A stretch of 58,256 nt of DNA, filler included, from Platydemus manokwari (Eukaryota), in the NCBI GenBank assembly GCA_037951405.1. It is 4 parts of 4 records of this genome, joined end to end, with 100 filler letters (N's around TTAATTAATTAA, not from the genome) between each part and the next. Parts side by side here need not be neighbours in the genome. Positions count along the whole stretch, not along the records: positions 1 to 11,382 come from JBBMOY010716650.1; positions 11,483 to 25,159 come from JBBMOY011649180.1; 2 more parts are not named here. The stretch is one strand, 5' to 3'. A program made the translations under genes and the position numbers. The notes under the pieces are model-generated. The model was not told where the DNA came from. It made no database searches and worked only from the letters and a program-made list of their open reading frames with translations. Shown here one piece after another: positions 1 to 14,360 of the stretch. Position 1 is the first letter of the stretch. Every line of letters starts with the position of its first letter.

Positions 1-941
1 TCAATATTCCAATTATCTCTTCTTAGTATGGATATTGTTGGGCAACAAATATCATTAGAATACACAAATACTAGGAATCAAATGAATAACAATATTTTTT
101 GTATTAATAATTAACTTAGAACAATTATATTGAATTTGGTGTTAAGAAATCATCACACATTGGTAATAATATTTCTTCGAAGTTTTAATCTTGTTGATCG
201 AATAAAATATTTTTATGATTCGAAAATGGTTTTAAAGTTATTATTATAATAATATACTATATGTAAGAATATTTCTAGATAAATCACAATTCAATGTGAC
301 CTCATAAACTTTATAACAGACTAGATTTTTTCAAGATCGTTAACCAGTCAGAAGAATCCCGAAGCATCATAGAAACTTTAATATAAGATTAGTTCTAATG
401 CTTAAAGCAGTAAAGACAAGAATGATAGTATTCCATTATTCTTAAAAATTATCAAAATAATAGAATCAATCAGATATACCGGAATCAATCAATATACCGG
501 AAATATTTCTTGAGAATATCAATTAACTTCTTGATAAATGATAGAAGTTTGAATTGAACAGCTTAATGAGTCGGGTGGGATTATAGGCAGCAAAAATAAT
601 CAAACGCTCTAAGAAAAGAGGAATTATAATAAATTCAATTAAAAAGAACTTATTGTAGTGTTTCTTCTAAATTAATGTGGCGAAATCAATGAAAAATCTA
701 TCAACAATTAACATTATAACTGAAATCAAAACACTGGTGAATTAACATGAAGTGAATCAGGAAAATATACACAAACGTTTACTTGATCGCAATTACCAAT
801 TAAGTTAAAAATGAATTATGACCGATTAGAGATCAATCAACGCTTTCAAAATAACTGACTATAGATTTTAAAAAATAAATTCTATCAACCCTTCTATTAA
901 TAAATGTTTAATACAAAATAATTTTTATTTGTCTTTGATAG

Positions 942-2464
942 GACTATCTCGACAGCTCGATAATAAAGTTTATTGCAACAACAGATGATGATTGAAACAA
1001 CTTGGGCAAATAGGTTGCATTCATCGAAAAAAACACCAAAAACACCAGCTTTCATTTTATTTATGTTTTCTTGATTTAACAGTAATTTCTTTGTTATCAA
1101 TTTATATATCGTTAATTTATATAATCAACCAGAATAAAACAACAATCTCTTAAGAAATATTTGTTTCAATGTACAAATATCTGTTCCCTTCATCAAAACA
1201 TTTTATCATGGAATCTGATGGGAATCAGATTCTTTTGGATTTTGATTGTCCAGAGAATGCTTTGGAGTTTTATGAAATGCTTTCCAGAATACATGACGAT
1301 ATCTTGTCATATTATTTTTTTACAGTACCAAAACAAAAGATCAAGAATCAAGAAAACCGTGAAGCCAGAATTTCTCAGCGGTTGGAGGACGTAACAATTA
1401 AAACCGTTGTAAATGATGCAGGTCATCTCGTTAGAAAAGGAGCCATGAAATCCATTAAAACTATATATTCATTATTTTCTAAAAATAACGAAAAGAATGA
1501 TGAAAGAGACTCGTTTATTGATAATTCAAGGAAACCAATAAGAACCAGGTCTGTCAACAGAGACGATTTTACTCTAAATAGGGGCTCAATGCTTGATTTC
1601 AGAAGTCAAGGCCTAATAAATTGGGTTTCCCGTCGTAGCAACTTAATTAGCAATGGATATCAAGCGGATAATCGAAATAGACGACAAATGAGTACGATGG
1701 GTAATTTAAGATCTCAAATGAATTTCGATAATGAGTATAATGTTTATAAAGATATGATTAAGTTGATGAACGTTTTTTTATTCTAGTATGTCTGATTTGA
1801 TTTCTAATCGACAATCAAAACCATTAAGTCGAACTCAATTAAAGAATGATTTACAAAGTTCCAATAGAAGCATACGTAAAGCACCGAGCTGTTATGATTT
1901 AGGAAATATAAGAGTGAATCGTATTCAATAACGAGATTCATCAACACATCGAGAAACAATTGAGAAGAACGGAAAGTCAACTTAGCATGGTGAGAAACAA
2001 TGATAATGATTTCAAAGAACCACAAATAACAGCCTCAAATATCAACACAAATAAATCTGAACAATCAGGCAGAGGAGTAAGTCAAAATTTTAAAACATAA
2101 TTGTTTAACAAGCCTTTCTAAACTACATTATATATGAACAATTTATTAATTTTTTGTTTATTTATAGGATCTGTCAGATATCAGGAATGTAAGGGTTTTG
2201 TTTTAATTTTGTAAATTTATTAATTTGTGTTGCTAGCTTTCTAAACGAAACCTTAAGAAAACCGATAATCCTGATGGAATAATAGTTCTATGAAAGCAAT
2301 AGTAACTAAACCACTGAGCGGTGCAATTTTAGCCTTGTCAAATCAATTACCAGTGATTCATTTGTATTATTATATTCCACATTATATTACTTATTTAGAA
2401 CCGCCGAAATAAAGTTTCCGCAGATTCTGATTGTTCGGATGAGGAAAGTGATAAATGGGATTAA
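942..2464 (+). pseudogene. WASP: WASP/N-WASP-like actin nucleation-promoting factor (WH1 plus WH2-C-A), multi-exon, with in-frame stops and frameshifts
   Basis: The WH1-like part reads LDSSIIKFIATTDDD*NNLGK*VAFIEKNTKNTSFHFIY...TIS*EIFVSMYKYLFPSSKHFIMESDGNQILLDFDCPENALEFY (compare WASP [49 protein letters not shown]..F). Spliced 3' exons give the WH2 motif GRG-DLSDIRN-LSKRNLKKT, a central helix PLSGAILAL and the acidic tail RRNKVSADSDCSDEESDKWD* (2399-2464). Introns are short GT-AG. The true start exon was not resolved. Confidence 0.75.
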
Positions 2465-4639
2465 GTTAAAATGTTGAAAGAATGAGGATGGGATTTTATT
2501 TTGGTCGAGATGTATCCAGTTTCAAATTAATTTTTAATTTTAATTTATTCAAATATATTTATTGATTTATTTGTTGATCTTTACCTAGAATATTTAACAA
2601 TTATATGTATAATAAATAAGACATACAAAAATGTCCTCTTTAGCTTCTTGGAGTCATTTACAGTCTCCAAACCGAGTATTGGTTTACATTTTAGCGATTT
2701 AAGACACAATCCCGATAAATATATTTTTTGTACTTTTATGCACTTTATATAAATAAATCTCTATAGGGGATCAAAAGAAAAATATAGAACACTTCACGAT
2801 TTTGTGTGTCATTATTTATTTATTTTATCAAGCATTGGCAACTTTCTAAATTAATTTTTTACATCTTCACATTTTTTATCGTTATATTTTTACCATAGTT
2901 AATTTTACAATTTCTGAACTATAAATTATAATAAATGAAATTATTTCTACTAATTTTTCTCATTTTCTACTGTGATAGTTTCAACTACTTTTTAAAATAA
3001 AAATTGATTTATTTTTTGAGTGAATATTAGTCGCCTTAACTAAAAAGTATTTATTATGTTCTATTCATTTTATAAATTTTGAATAAGAGACTTCTTTAAA
3101 TGATGAGGTCGAAATAATGTATTTCATGAAAAAAAATTACAGAAACAAATCCTTTTAAAAACATAACATCAATAGTTAAATCAACGATAATCATATAATC
3201 AATATGCCAAATCTAGCTCTAAAGGATCACAAATTTAGTTAAAAATTTCTTGGTTTTTAGGTGAACTTGATTGAATTTAAACAATCGAGAAGTCAATTTT
3301 ATATTTGACATCATTTTAAGTATAATAATTTACAGACTGGAACAACATTTTTATTACATTGGATAAGGATATTATATAAACTATGTACAATCCTATTTTA
3401 TGAATTCTATTTAATGATAAGAGTTGATACTAAGTAGCTATATAAGGATGTAGATGAAAGAAGTCATAGCTGATAATTAACCATTTCAGCCAACATTTCA
3501 ATCATTATTTGTGTTGGGTCTACTGATGTATTTAATTGCTTGTATTTAATCAAATTATATCTGACTCCACAAGACAAATTGATCACTAGGGTTTTATTTA
3601 TATTACAAGATACGACCTTTTTCACGAGTTACACAAGAGTCAAGCCCATAAATATAAGTCTAATAAAGGCAGATCTTGTCCGTATACAATTCTGAAATTA
3701 TCGACCGAGACCTTCTCCTGGCCTTACTACAATTATTGTAGATACTACTACGATACAAAATTATTAGAGTTCGCAACTACGATTATGTACACTTAATATC
3801 GAACAATTACAATACCAATATTTAAAAATACTTTATCGAATTTCTCTATTACTTTCCCTTAATTACAATACCAATATTCGGGAAAACTTTCCTCGAATAT
3901 TACACTTTAACTCTTTAAAATTAAAATAAACAAAATAACCTGAATACAAATTCTTAATTTGGCTTCGGTCTAATCGACTTCTTGGTTTCTTAATAATGGC
4001 AATCGACTACTCATTGTCATTTTTATATAACAAATTTTGCTAGCAGCATACGAAGTAAATTTTTCTATCCCTGAGTTGACATGCAGAGTCAATTGCTAAT
4101 CATAATCAATAACTTCATTCTTCTGAAATTATTTACTATTTTAATTCGTTTAAACAAACGAAAATATTTTAAAAATTATTTATTTTAGCTATTATTTTAC
4201 TTAAATATTTATTTTTAGTAATAATAATTTTATTTTAGAAATGACAAAATACAATTATAATACTAAGCTAAATCACAATTGTCATAATGAAGACCTAATG
4301 GTACTACAAGAACAATGTTATTAACAATAATAATAATTCTGATAATTGTCTAATTTCATTGAAAAATATTAGAAATAATCAGCAATTAAAATTAATAATT
4401 TTTTTCTTTTTTCAAAAAAATATATAAATAGTAATAATTAATAGCAATAACAATTACGATAGTTTACCTTTTTCTCTTTGCTGTTTTTGTTTTACTATTT
4501 CAATTTAGAAGACCAAGACACAAACAAAAAATACTGTATCAATTCCTACAATCAGACTCAGCTCTAGAAAATAGCCAATATGAGTACGGAATACTTGCCT
4601 TATCTTGTAAATTTGAAGAAATGGACAACGACTGTCTCC

Positions 4640-5540
4640 AAATAGAGGACCATAGATCTTTCTTAAGAATGAAAATGACACATGCGTGACACTCCAAGGC
4701 ACCTCGAATCCATCTGTAATAGCTAATACTTGTTGAAGTGCTTTATTTGTAATTTCGATTCTTACTGTCGTCCTCACGTGATTTTAGGTGTACTAAGAGC
4801 AAATGTTTTATTTGCTCTTGTTCCAAATCATATAGATCTTCCTTGTTTATAAAGTTACTTGATACGATAGATATTGTTAATCCAGAATGGATTATTGCAT
4901 CACTCTTTCTTTGATTTACTCTAATTTTTATTGTTTGAGTTTTTCCCTGAATCAATAATCGTATCATATGGACATGGGAACTGGGTAATCCTAATTGATT
5001 TCGCTTTTTTCTCTTTGAAATACATGATGAAATAAATTGTTGATAGTTGTTTGAGGGTTGATAGTACGAACAGTTCAACCATAGATAGTTCGTTTTCCTT
5101 AGAAAGAGTATTCGTTTTTATTAACGTTTTCGTTTTATATCAGTCTGGTATTTGGATATCAAGGACACAATATGTGACTGGGCCCATTTTTTGCTCTGAT
5201 TTAAAGTCGTTGTCATCTGTACCATCATCTTCCACTATAAATGAAGTACTGAATCTGGAATTTTTTTCTGTTTTGCATTTCTCTTTTCATATTTTCCATT
5301 TCTTGATATTGATGAATAATGAAGAAAACTTTTGAGAGAAATTACACGCTTCCGAGCAATAATTTCCATAAAACTGCTACTATATTGTACAGTGTATACT
5401 TAAATAATACCTGTCCTATTAGAACTTTTGTGAATATCATTATAACGTTAATTCCAATCAATTCGGCACAATTTGAATTTTCCCCAATTTTTCTTCATTT
5501 TATTTAACGTTGCTTTCTTGTCATTATCTGGATCAATGAA
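4640..5540 (-). mobile_element. Decayed LTR-retrotransposon gag/aspartic-protease fragment, same family as 43960-44431
   Basis: IKIRVNQRKSDAIIHSGLTISIVSSNF resembles the retropepsin ALIDSG motif with the catalytic D replaced by H. DNA is clearly shared with 43960-44431 in opposite orientation (e.g. GGATTACCCAGTTCCCAT, ACAAGAAAGCAACGTTAA). Confidence 0.6.
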
Positions 5541-5639
5541 AATTTACAATTTTCCTTCTGTTTATCTTTTGATAAAATTGGATATTATTAGACATTGTGC
5601 TTAGCATTATAGCAAATGTGCCTTTGAAAACAGAGAAAA

Positions 5640-7172
5640 GCAAATAATTAAATAAAAGTCAGATACAGCAAATTAACATCTTTATGGAAGAATTTTCAAA
5701 TTTAGAATTAAAATTAAGTATCAAATAAAAAAATTTAGAATCAAATTTAGTTTAATATCAGAAAATTAATAATCTCTCAGTTTCATATGTATATGCGAGA
5801 CGATATGTATAAGATAAATAATTGAAGAAAATTTTTGGAAGATTTTAAAATAATGATTCTTAAAGCCCAACTTTTAAAAATTCTTTTAAATTTTGATTCG
5901 AACAAACCGGAGAAAATTTAAGAAAAAGTAAGATTTTTTTAATAATAGAAATTTAATTTATCATAATTATTTTATTTCCAAAAAGTAAATAAGTTATGAA
6001 GATAAGTTATTCTGCTGCAGTATCCAAATAAGATAACCTTCAACCCTGAAGTTAACATGATAAATGAAATTTAAATTCCAACAGATGTTTATCATAATTT
6101 AATAATAAAAGTTAATGATAAACAAAAACAAACAAGTACAAAGTCGAACATGTTATAGATTACAGATAATCACAAACAATAATAGATAATATAATAATAG
6201 ACACTAAATAGTGAAAACAAACAATAATCTAAATAAGTATATTTAATAAAATAAGAATGAGTAATTTTGTTACTCTAAAAATTTAAATAATATAAACAAA
6301 TACATAAAATAAAATTTAAAATTATATATAAACAATATATAAAATATTATTTGCGAAATAAGCACACAGAAAGAATGTGTTCGGAAAAACAGTTTATAGA
6401 CCTGTGAAAACGTGAAAACGTTCAATTCGACCAAAAAAAAGTAACAAATCGTTTTTATAATAATTATGTTTACAACTAATTTGGTTGTAAGAATTTAGTA
6501 TACGATAGCGTAGTTACTGAATCTAATGCATTGTTAGAGTAGAACTAACAGCAGTGTCCATATCTTTTATGCAAATAGTTATACATCAAGGAGTTTCTGA
6601 GCTGGTAGTTGCAGAAAGTGTTATGTCATAGTTCTCGTTTAGAATTTTATTAACGAATGCTGATCATTGGGATTGTACCTTATGAAAAGCGTAGAAAGTG
6701 TTGTACTGAATACATTTTATAAAACAGAAGAGATTATTGCAATATAAAAACAATTAGAAAACTTGGACTAAATAATGTCATAATGAACCTATCATCTCTA
6801 AACAAGTTCTATTATTTTGGTCATTTTAACTAGCATTATATTTCAAAGAACGATAATTTTCCCTCAATGTCTGTTAACAATTATGATAACGAAGTTAATC
6901 TGAATACGACACAGAATATAGAACGAATTAATGTCCACCTATTGACTCTCAAAGATAATATTAAAAAATTACAAATTTCCATGGTCGGAATTTCAATGCC
7001 GCAAGCCATATTATCAACAACTTTTGGAGAAAAACACATTTTTTGTGAGCTAAGAGGTTTCCAAAAATGGGCATCGTTATGTCAAGCTTTGCATGCTCAT
7101 AAAAAAATTTATATTTATATTCAATTTAAAATTAGTCTTAAAGGAATAGCATATGATTTTAAAAAATGTTGA
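5640..7172 (+). mobile_element. Very degenerate Gypsy (Mag-like) gag/integrase remnant
   Basis: Broken frames near 6575-6680 give IVIHQGVSELVVAES..FS..FINEC*SLGI, resembling the integrase core HGxPExIVSDNGxQF..F..C..LGI. There is a possible eroded zinc knuckle near 6350-6410. Confidence 0.3.
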
Positions 7173-8559
7173 GAAGTTACCAAAAAAGTTTCTCAGATAA
7201 CTCCGGATAACAAACTCTTTAAAACAGAAATTCTTAATTTATAATATTAAACAGATTGCAAAAGGAAAATAATTCAACGAATAGTTTTTGTTCAAGATAT
7301 CTGAAAAAGTAAGAAAATTATAAGTTAAAAAAACAAAGTAAGTGAAGTTATTAAAAAATTTTGATACTTATAATAATGAGAAATTGTAATTTTAAAGATA
7401 TTAAAATTAGAATGATATTTTTAAAAGAAAAAATATGGGTTATGAAAGAAAATTCACCAAAACAAGCTACTTTGAAAAATACATCAATTATACTGTGCAC
7501 GTAGACGAAAAACTAACCAAATTTATGTTTCATTTGACTAAGTAACAAATAAACAAATATTACAATTGAGCAACTATGATATCTTAAAATACAAAAAAAT
7601 TAATTGTCAAAGTAAAATGCAGCAAGCACACAATGAATGAAGCAATCATTACCAACCTATTCTTGTGATTATTTATTTCGTAATCATAATACAATTTAAA
7701 ATATTTTGATTAAAGTTGCCACATTAATTTATTAAGTATTATTATGTTAAGTTTGGCTTTACATAAACTTAAGGGGCTCTAATTTCAATCTGACACCTTT
7801 CTATGAACTGGGTACGCACTGATATCAAACAAAAACAAAATTTTCGGTTTAATTTATTTTTTATTATAATTTATGCACTAATAAGGTACGACGAAGACTA
7901 AGCTGAAATACCACTCTAATCATAACCTCAGCTAATAAATTCCTGCTTGTACAAGAAAAGACCGTAACATATATCATTATCTTTAATTAAATAAAACAAA
8001 ACAATCTCACTAGTTTTATTAATATTTTTGGTATTTTTATAATCCTACAACCACAATTGTTACAAGAAAATACCGTAAATTGCAAATCATTATTCTCACC
8101 TGAACCTTTGTTACAATTTCCAATGTCAAATCTCTTGATTATATAATAGGATTTATATTATTACTGGATCATAAACAAGTCATTTTGCATTTCTAATTGT
8201 GCTAAAGTAAAAATCGATTCAAAGTCGACTGACCATGATAAAATATATTTCTTATACTGAAACCCGTCTCTGACCCGTATTTCCACAATAGCACAGCTAG
8301 CTTAAATGTTCTAAAGACATCCAAAAGCACAATTCAAAATTAAAACCATGCATCAATACTTCGCTCTCACTTCAGTAATCTGAAACAGATATCAAATACC
8401 AGACCTCTTGAGTTTCAATTATTAGTTTTTTACTATTACATTATTCAGCCACACTAAGTCATTTCAAAATTATTAATTTTCAATGTTGACAATTATTCAT
8501 TCATCGACAATAATTAATGAAGCAGTACAAAAAATATTTTAAATTCTATTGATACAGAT

Positions 8560-9010
8560 GGATTTTCACCAGATAGTAATGATCGTAACATCATAAAGAA
8601 TTATCTGTACAGAAAAACATTAATTATCAAATTTAATTCAATAAGTGTTACAGAAAAACCACCTGTATCCGAATTGGAATATGAATGAACTGTTTGGTAG
8701 ATTTGTATTACAATATTATTAATTTACAAAATTAAAAATAGTTTTATTGTTTAAATTCATTATTTTCAAAAAGATAACATAAATATTTCAACATTATAAA
8801 CATTATAACATTTTAAATTACAAATGAAAAATAATTATTGAATTAGGTGTTAAGAGATCTGAGAATTCATTTAAAATCACAATTGAAAACTTGTGAACCA
8901 AAAAATTCTTAACAAGGGTACTTGAAATTTGCCATTTAAGACTTCTGCAATGGGTTAATTGTTGTCTGTATGGTTGTGTAGACATTCAAATGTTTAAAGT
9001 GCTAAAATAA
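8560..9010 (+). pseudogene. Possible DEG/ENaC channel remnant
   Basis: KPPVSELEYE*TV before an intron and SAMG*LLSVWL after it loosely match ENaC PCxExxYxxT and TM2 (SxxGGxLGLWxG). Several lesions are present. Confidence 0.25.
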
Positions 9011-9520
9011 GGGTTACAAAAATTCAAAATCGTTATACCTTCGTGAGATTTCATCTTCACTCAACAAATATCCCACGTGAAAAAATTGGAAGAGTTTATA
9101 AAGGTTCTTAAGAAACTTAGAACGAATTTTCATCCCATGGTAGGCCTTCGCAAAATGAAGAATTTACTTCTATTCAACGAGTTGATAGTAATAAAAATAA
9201 AACAAAGTCGGGATTGCAAAGCAAAGATCCTATTTACAATACTTCAATACATTAGGCTCTGTTAAAGAATCTGAAATTATAAAGTTCACTCTGCTAGAAC
9301 TCATTAGACTGAAAATAAAACAAATATTTCTGATATTACTACAATGAATATAGAATGTTCAATTACTAGTGAAAATATTGTTTCATATAAAAATTAAGAT
9401 ATTCAAAATTCAAATATTCTTAATGATTTTCTACTAAATAGTGTTTCACTTTGTTAAAAACATATTGAATGAGTAAATAAATTCGATGCATACATATAGA
9501 AAATTAGGCAAAAAGATTAT

Positions 9521-9806
9521 TTGCGATTTTGCGACAAATTAACGCCATCTTCAGTCAATGGGTTTCAATGAAAAGCTTGAAGTTTGAGTCCCACACGAAC
9601 TCATCCAAAAACAGAAGGATAAATGGCTTCCCATTGCTGCTCAAAATCTTACTCGACACCAAAGAACCCATGGACACAAGCGACGTTTCTTATACAAAAT
9701 CGTCACTGGAGACAAGAAATAGTGACTATGTGAATATGAAGCAAAGGAAAGAATGGGTGAGTCCTGGAGAGAAGCCTAAGTCCCGGATCAAGAAAGGCCT
9801 GCACAT
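9521..9806 (+). mobile_element. mariner transposase fragment
   Basis: RHLQSMGFNEKLEV*VPHEL matches the WVPHEL motif. It is followed by RHQRTHGHKRRFLYKIVTGD (first catalytic D) and, after a frameshift, YVNMKQRKEWVSPGEKPKSRIKKGLH. Confidence 0.9.
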
Positions 9807-11382
9807 AATTAGTAAACAATTAAGTATATACAGAGTAAATCACAAAGTAAAATATAGACACTCATGAAGAGTTTACCAATTACTTGTTTTTAATGTTTTA
9901 ATGGTTCGAGTTAATTTTTATAGTTTCGCAGATGAATAAGTTGTTTATAAATAATTGTTTTCGTTGAATAACATTTTCTAATAATTAATAAAATCAAGTC
10001 AATTCACAGATATGTGAGTTTGAGAGTAAATATAATTTACTATTTATTGACAAAAATCGACAGCATTTAACAATTATAAATGTATAAAAATAAGCATAAA
10101 AACATTTTGAAAAATATTTACTTACAATTGTAATATAAAGTGGTATTATTTTGATAATTAATTAAAATTAAAAATATTATAAAATTTAATCTAAAAGTAA
10201 TACCTGGATCTCAATAATCAGAGTAATCATCTTCGAAAGAAAGATCGTCGAATTCTCTCTTAGAAAAATCGTAAAATATTGAAGACCAAATTTTCATATT
10301 TCAAGCACTTTCACCAAATAATAAGTCTAATAAATGAAATCAGTATTAAAAAATAATTTTTCTTTAAGCAAAATGTTTACATTTTCAAATTGTTCATATA
10401 TAATTGAAATAAACAAATAGAAAATATGATGTATTATTGCAATGCAATATCTTAGTATTAAATTCATTTCAATTTACAGAAATTGATGATTTTTATAGTT
10501 GACTTATTGCACACATTTTCAGTTATTATAAATAACGTTTTTTTTTTGGATAAATTAGTCTTATAAATTAATCACATGACAAATTTTATGTGGAATCAGG
10601 GTTAAGATTATTGTTCAAAATTTTAATTATAGTTTCCTTTCAAAAGTTGACACCAACCAAAATAAAATAGCTACTTCTGGAGATCTCTTGGTGTATATTA
10701 AAGTCAATTGTATCATAAGAAAATCAAACTGTTAGTTTTTCGTATTTATAAATATGAATACTCCAACAGCATAAATTATAATATCATTATATTTACTATT
10801 AGGTAAGTACCGCGATTATAACTATTGTCCTATAACGCAATTACAACAAATTATATTTGCAAATGAGTCTAATCATTTCAGAGAGCAATATAATAATTTT
10901 TATTAATTATAAACTGTTTCAGTAATTTTTATTTTTACTTACTTTTATTTTATTTTCATATTAAAGTTATATTAATTAAATTAACTAGTGCAATAAAATC
11001 AAGATTCCCAGTCGAAATAAAAAAAAATTGCTGACATTTGAAATAATAACGACAGTTTGTGTTGGGTTCTTCATTCTGAATGAAGAAGCAATTACTGAAT
11101 CCAAAAATCGAAGTTTGTCAACTACCACAACATACCACAATATTACACCTAAAAGTTGATTTTCAACTACACGCCTGCTATACAGTAAGACTCAAAGCTC
11201 AATACAAAGCCTCAATGAACGCAGTCAAAATTTGGCTTCTATGTGGCAGTTCGCAATCTTTACCCAAGATCTGGGTGTAATTTTATTGACACGCTTGTAT
11301 CACACTTTGATTTTACTTTTCTCTGTTTCTATTGGGCTTATTGATTTGGTAAATCTCTATGTGTGTGTGTTGTTATTGTTTT

Positions 11383-11482
11383 NNNNNNNNNNNNNNNNNN
11401 NNNNNNNNNNNNNNNNNNNNNNNNNNTTAATTAATTAANNNNNNNNNNNNNNNNNNNNNNNNNNNNNNNNNNNNNNNNNNNN
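11383..11482. other. Artificial contig spacer
   Basis: 44 N, TTAATTAATTAA (stop codons in all six frames), 44 N; 100 nt in total. Confidence 0.97.
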
Positions 11483-11536
<54 letters not shown>

Positions 11537-11558
11537 CATAATCATAATCATAATCATA
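11483..11558 (+). repeat. (AAT)n microsatellite grading into (AATCAT)n
   Basis: Seen directly at the contig edge. Confidence 0.95.
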
Positions 11559-13037
11559 AACTCTTCCTAATCTAAGGGCAAAGCCAATTTATCAAAATAG
11601 GAAAATCCTATGGTAATTTGTAGCCTTATCTCAATAAGAAAATGCTTCACTAAATGAACATATTAGAGATATAAAACAATCATCAATAAACTCGAGAAAA
11701 ATCCTAAAATATTTGGTAAAAATTGATTGACTGTGACAATGAAGCATGTGCTAATAAAGCACCATAATATCAAAATACATCATCTATATACTTCATGAAT
11801 AATTCCCATAAACATTGAATAAAACCAACTTTCGAATGTATTTCCCTTGTATTTTCTAACCAATAAATGATCATAGAGGCAAAGACAGTAGAAAAATTTC
11901 AGTCTATTCAAATATCCACCATTGACGATTTTGGTTTGACCGATATCCCATCCTAAAATTGAAGCATAAAATGTTATTTTATCAGATGATTTTTTAAGCT
12001 ATATTGTCTGATATTTTATTATTGTATTTCAAAATTTAATTTCCTATTTTTACGTGAATTTTATGTCATCATATTGCTGATAAATGGTAGGTAAATAATT
12101 ATAAAAATTGATAATAAAACACGACATTGATGTTTGAAGTAATATCAAATTAATAAATTTTAGATATAGAAATAGTTAAACTACACCAAAAGATTATTTT
12201 CAAAGAAATATCTGACTTGAATTATTTAAAAAATGAGTTCGATCATCCTCTGTTCAAATCACAAATGAATCGACATAATTTATAATTGAATAATTAAAAT
12301 AATACTAATAAAGAAATAACAAAAAACCATTCGATATTTAATATAAAATATGATACACTGAAATTAAATCTAGAAAAATAAAATAATAATTGAAAACTAA
12401 TAAATAAATGAATTTATCAAATATTAAGGCTAACTATGTTTATAAATTGGTACTATGATACGATAGGAAATATAATTACCTTTTTTTAAACTACATTAAA
12501 TTATAAATATTATTTCACTTGTTCAATGAAATATAAATCATTTGAATATGTTTGTCCTCGTTTTGATGGTGTTTAATAATTTATTACGAAAATGCATTTA
12601 CAAAATAGTTACATCACAAAAATTCTTATTTTTAATATAACTTAAGAGCGAATATTTTTTTTGAATAAAAATAGAAATAAACGCTCAAATTCTGACGATA
12701 TTGTGATAGAATTAAATAAGATTCGTACGTCACAATTAAAAAATTCCATCTCATCTCATCTCTTTTGACTGAGATTTTGTGAGTAGTATAATGGAATATT
12801 ATTTATAAATTATGTATAAATTTATAAAAAGAATGATAAAATTAAAATAAAATATAGATATGGACGATAACATATATTATAATATCATACAATAATTATA
12901 TGGTACGTTTTTCAATTTATCAATATTAATATGACTATAAATCAGATAATTTTATTCATATTGAATGGATAAGTGGGATTTTTTTTCGAAAAATTAAAAT
13001 CAAATTTCAAATCGATCTTGGTATTAGTTAAAAGTAA

Positions 13038-13480
13038 TGTAAGTTATCATCAGGACGAAATTGGTCTACGATTGATAGTATTGTTGGATAGATCACAAAT
13101 CAACCAAAATGGTTACAGGAACCAAGGAAATAATCCTAAAAATGGTCGACAAGCACAGATCCGATAAGCACATATGCTGTCAGCCATTCAGATTCGTTTT
13201 AATATTAACCCATATTTAGAAGCTAAAAACTGACAGGCACATACCTGCAAATGGCAACAAGCTGAAATACCTGCCAATGGCACGAGAGATTTCAAGAAGA
13301 TCGATCCACAGACAAATTCAGCAAATAGAAAACGAAGATTCGTGATATCAACCAGACACATTCAATAGGTCTATAAAAGCGGTTGGATTCCATGAGTCTT
13401 GTTTGGTCGGTAACCAGTCTTTTTAGTTTCTTTATATTCTGTCTTTGAGTTTGGGTGCTGATCCTATATTAAGTGATAAA
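13038..13480 (+). repeat. Possible solo LTR
   Basis: Higher-GC island starting TGTAAG, with a duplicated ATACCTGCMAATGGCA motif and CTATAAAAG (TATA-like) near 13370. Ends and target-site duplication are not confirmed. Confidence 0.25.
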
Positions 13481-14360
13481 CTATCGTTGATTATAGAGGC
13501 TAAAAATAACAAATTCGAATCTGATTTACAGTAGTTATTGTAAAAATATGATCACTGAACTGTAGAAACCATAAAGAAAAATTCATTATAATATAGGTGT
13601 ATAGAGGTTACTACAGATTTAACGGAATGTCTACCGGCGATTTATTCCAACTCAATCGCGATTTATCACCAATTTCACCAATTTAGAATCCTTTCACATT
13701 GGGTTTGATAAACATATTTTCATTCTAATCAAAAAAATTGTACAAATATTCGTTTATATTTCCTAGATTCTTTTAATTATCGACCGACAGTAAATGCAAT
13801 GTGATTAATATACCCTTGAAGTCATAAGCCAAAAATAGAACCAAAAATAGAAATTTCCTTACTAGCCAATCAGATATCTTGAAAATTACGTTTGCCGGTT
13901 GGATTCTCGTTATTGATTGATGTACAAACATAATGAGGAATGAAAAAACATTAATTGATCAGTCAAAAAATTTTTGTTTATACCTATAACTCTAACAACA
14001 AATGAAACTTTAAAATGTTTTGTACTTATAACATCAATTGACTCAACGAAATCGTGTACTCTTTTTGATCAATAAATTTGTGACTATTTCTGATTATCTG
14101 GAAAAGATGCTGAGCATTTAATTATTTGCTCTTTGAATTTTTAGCTAAAGGAATTTTGTGCGATAACAATATAGTTTTTACTGTTTTTATTATATTTAAC
14201 AATATCATTCGTGGGGTTCATCTAGAAAACAATAAATATATCATGATATGGTGTCTCCTTGTCGCAAGATTTAATTAATTAATTAAACTTTCATAAATTA
14301 GAAATGAATATTTTTACGCTTAGTGATTTATTTAATCATTATCTCACTTCATAAAATTAC

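Noticed and set aside
1-700. Pepsin C-terminus (IFLRSF) and integrase remnant (NFNIRLVLML)
   Set aside because: Too short and too broken to support a call.
942-1170. Stop-codon reassignment, since TGA falls at a conserved Trp and TAA at a conserved Gln in the WH1 domain
   Set aside because: Frameshifts occur in the same gene, the stops are single transitions from TGG, CAA or CAG, and importin-alpha and RB1CC1 read cleanly with the standard code. Pseudogene decay is the simpler explanation.
8200-8400. Tc1 transposase remnant on the minus strand
   Set aside because: Only a vague HG..FW..Y..IL pattern, with no catalytic motifs or TIRs.
11700-11955. Penelope-like RT (KYIDDVF on the minus strand) or an SLC6 transporter exon
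   Set aside because: A single short motif with no supporting neighbouring motifs in any frame.
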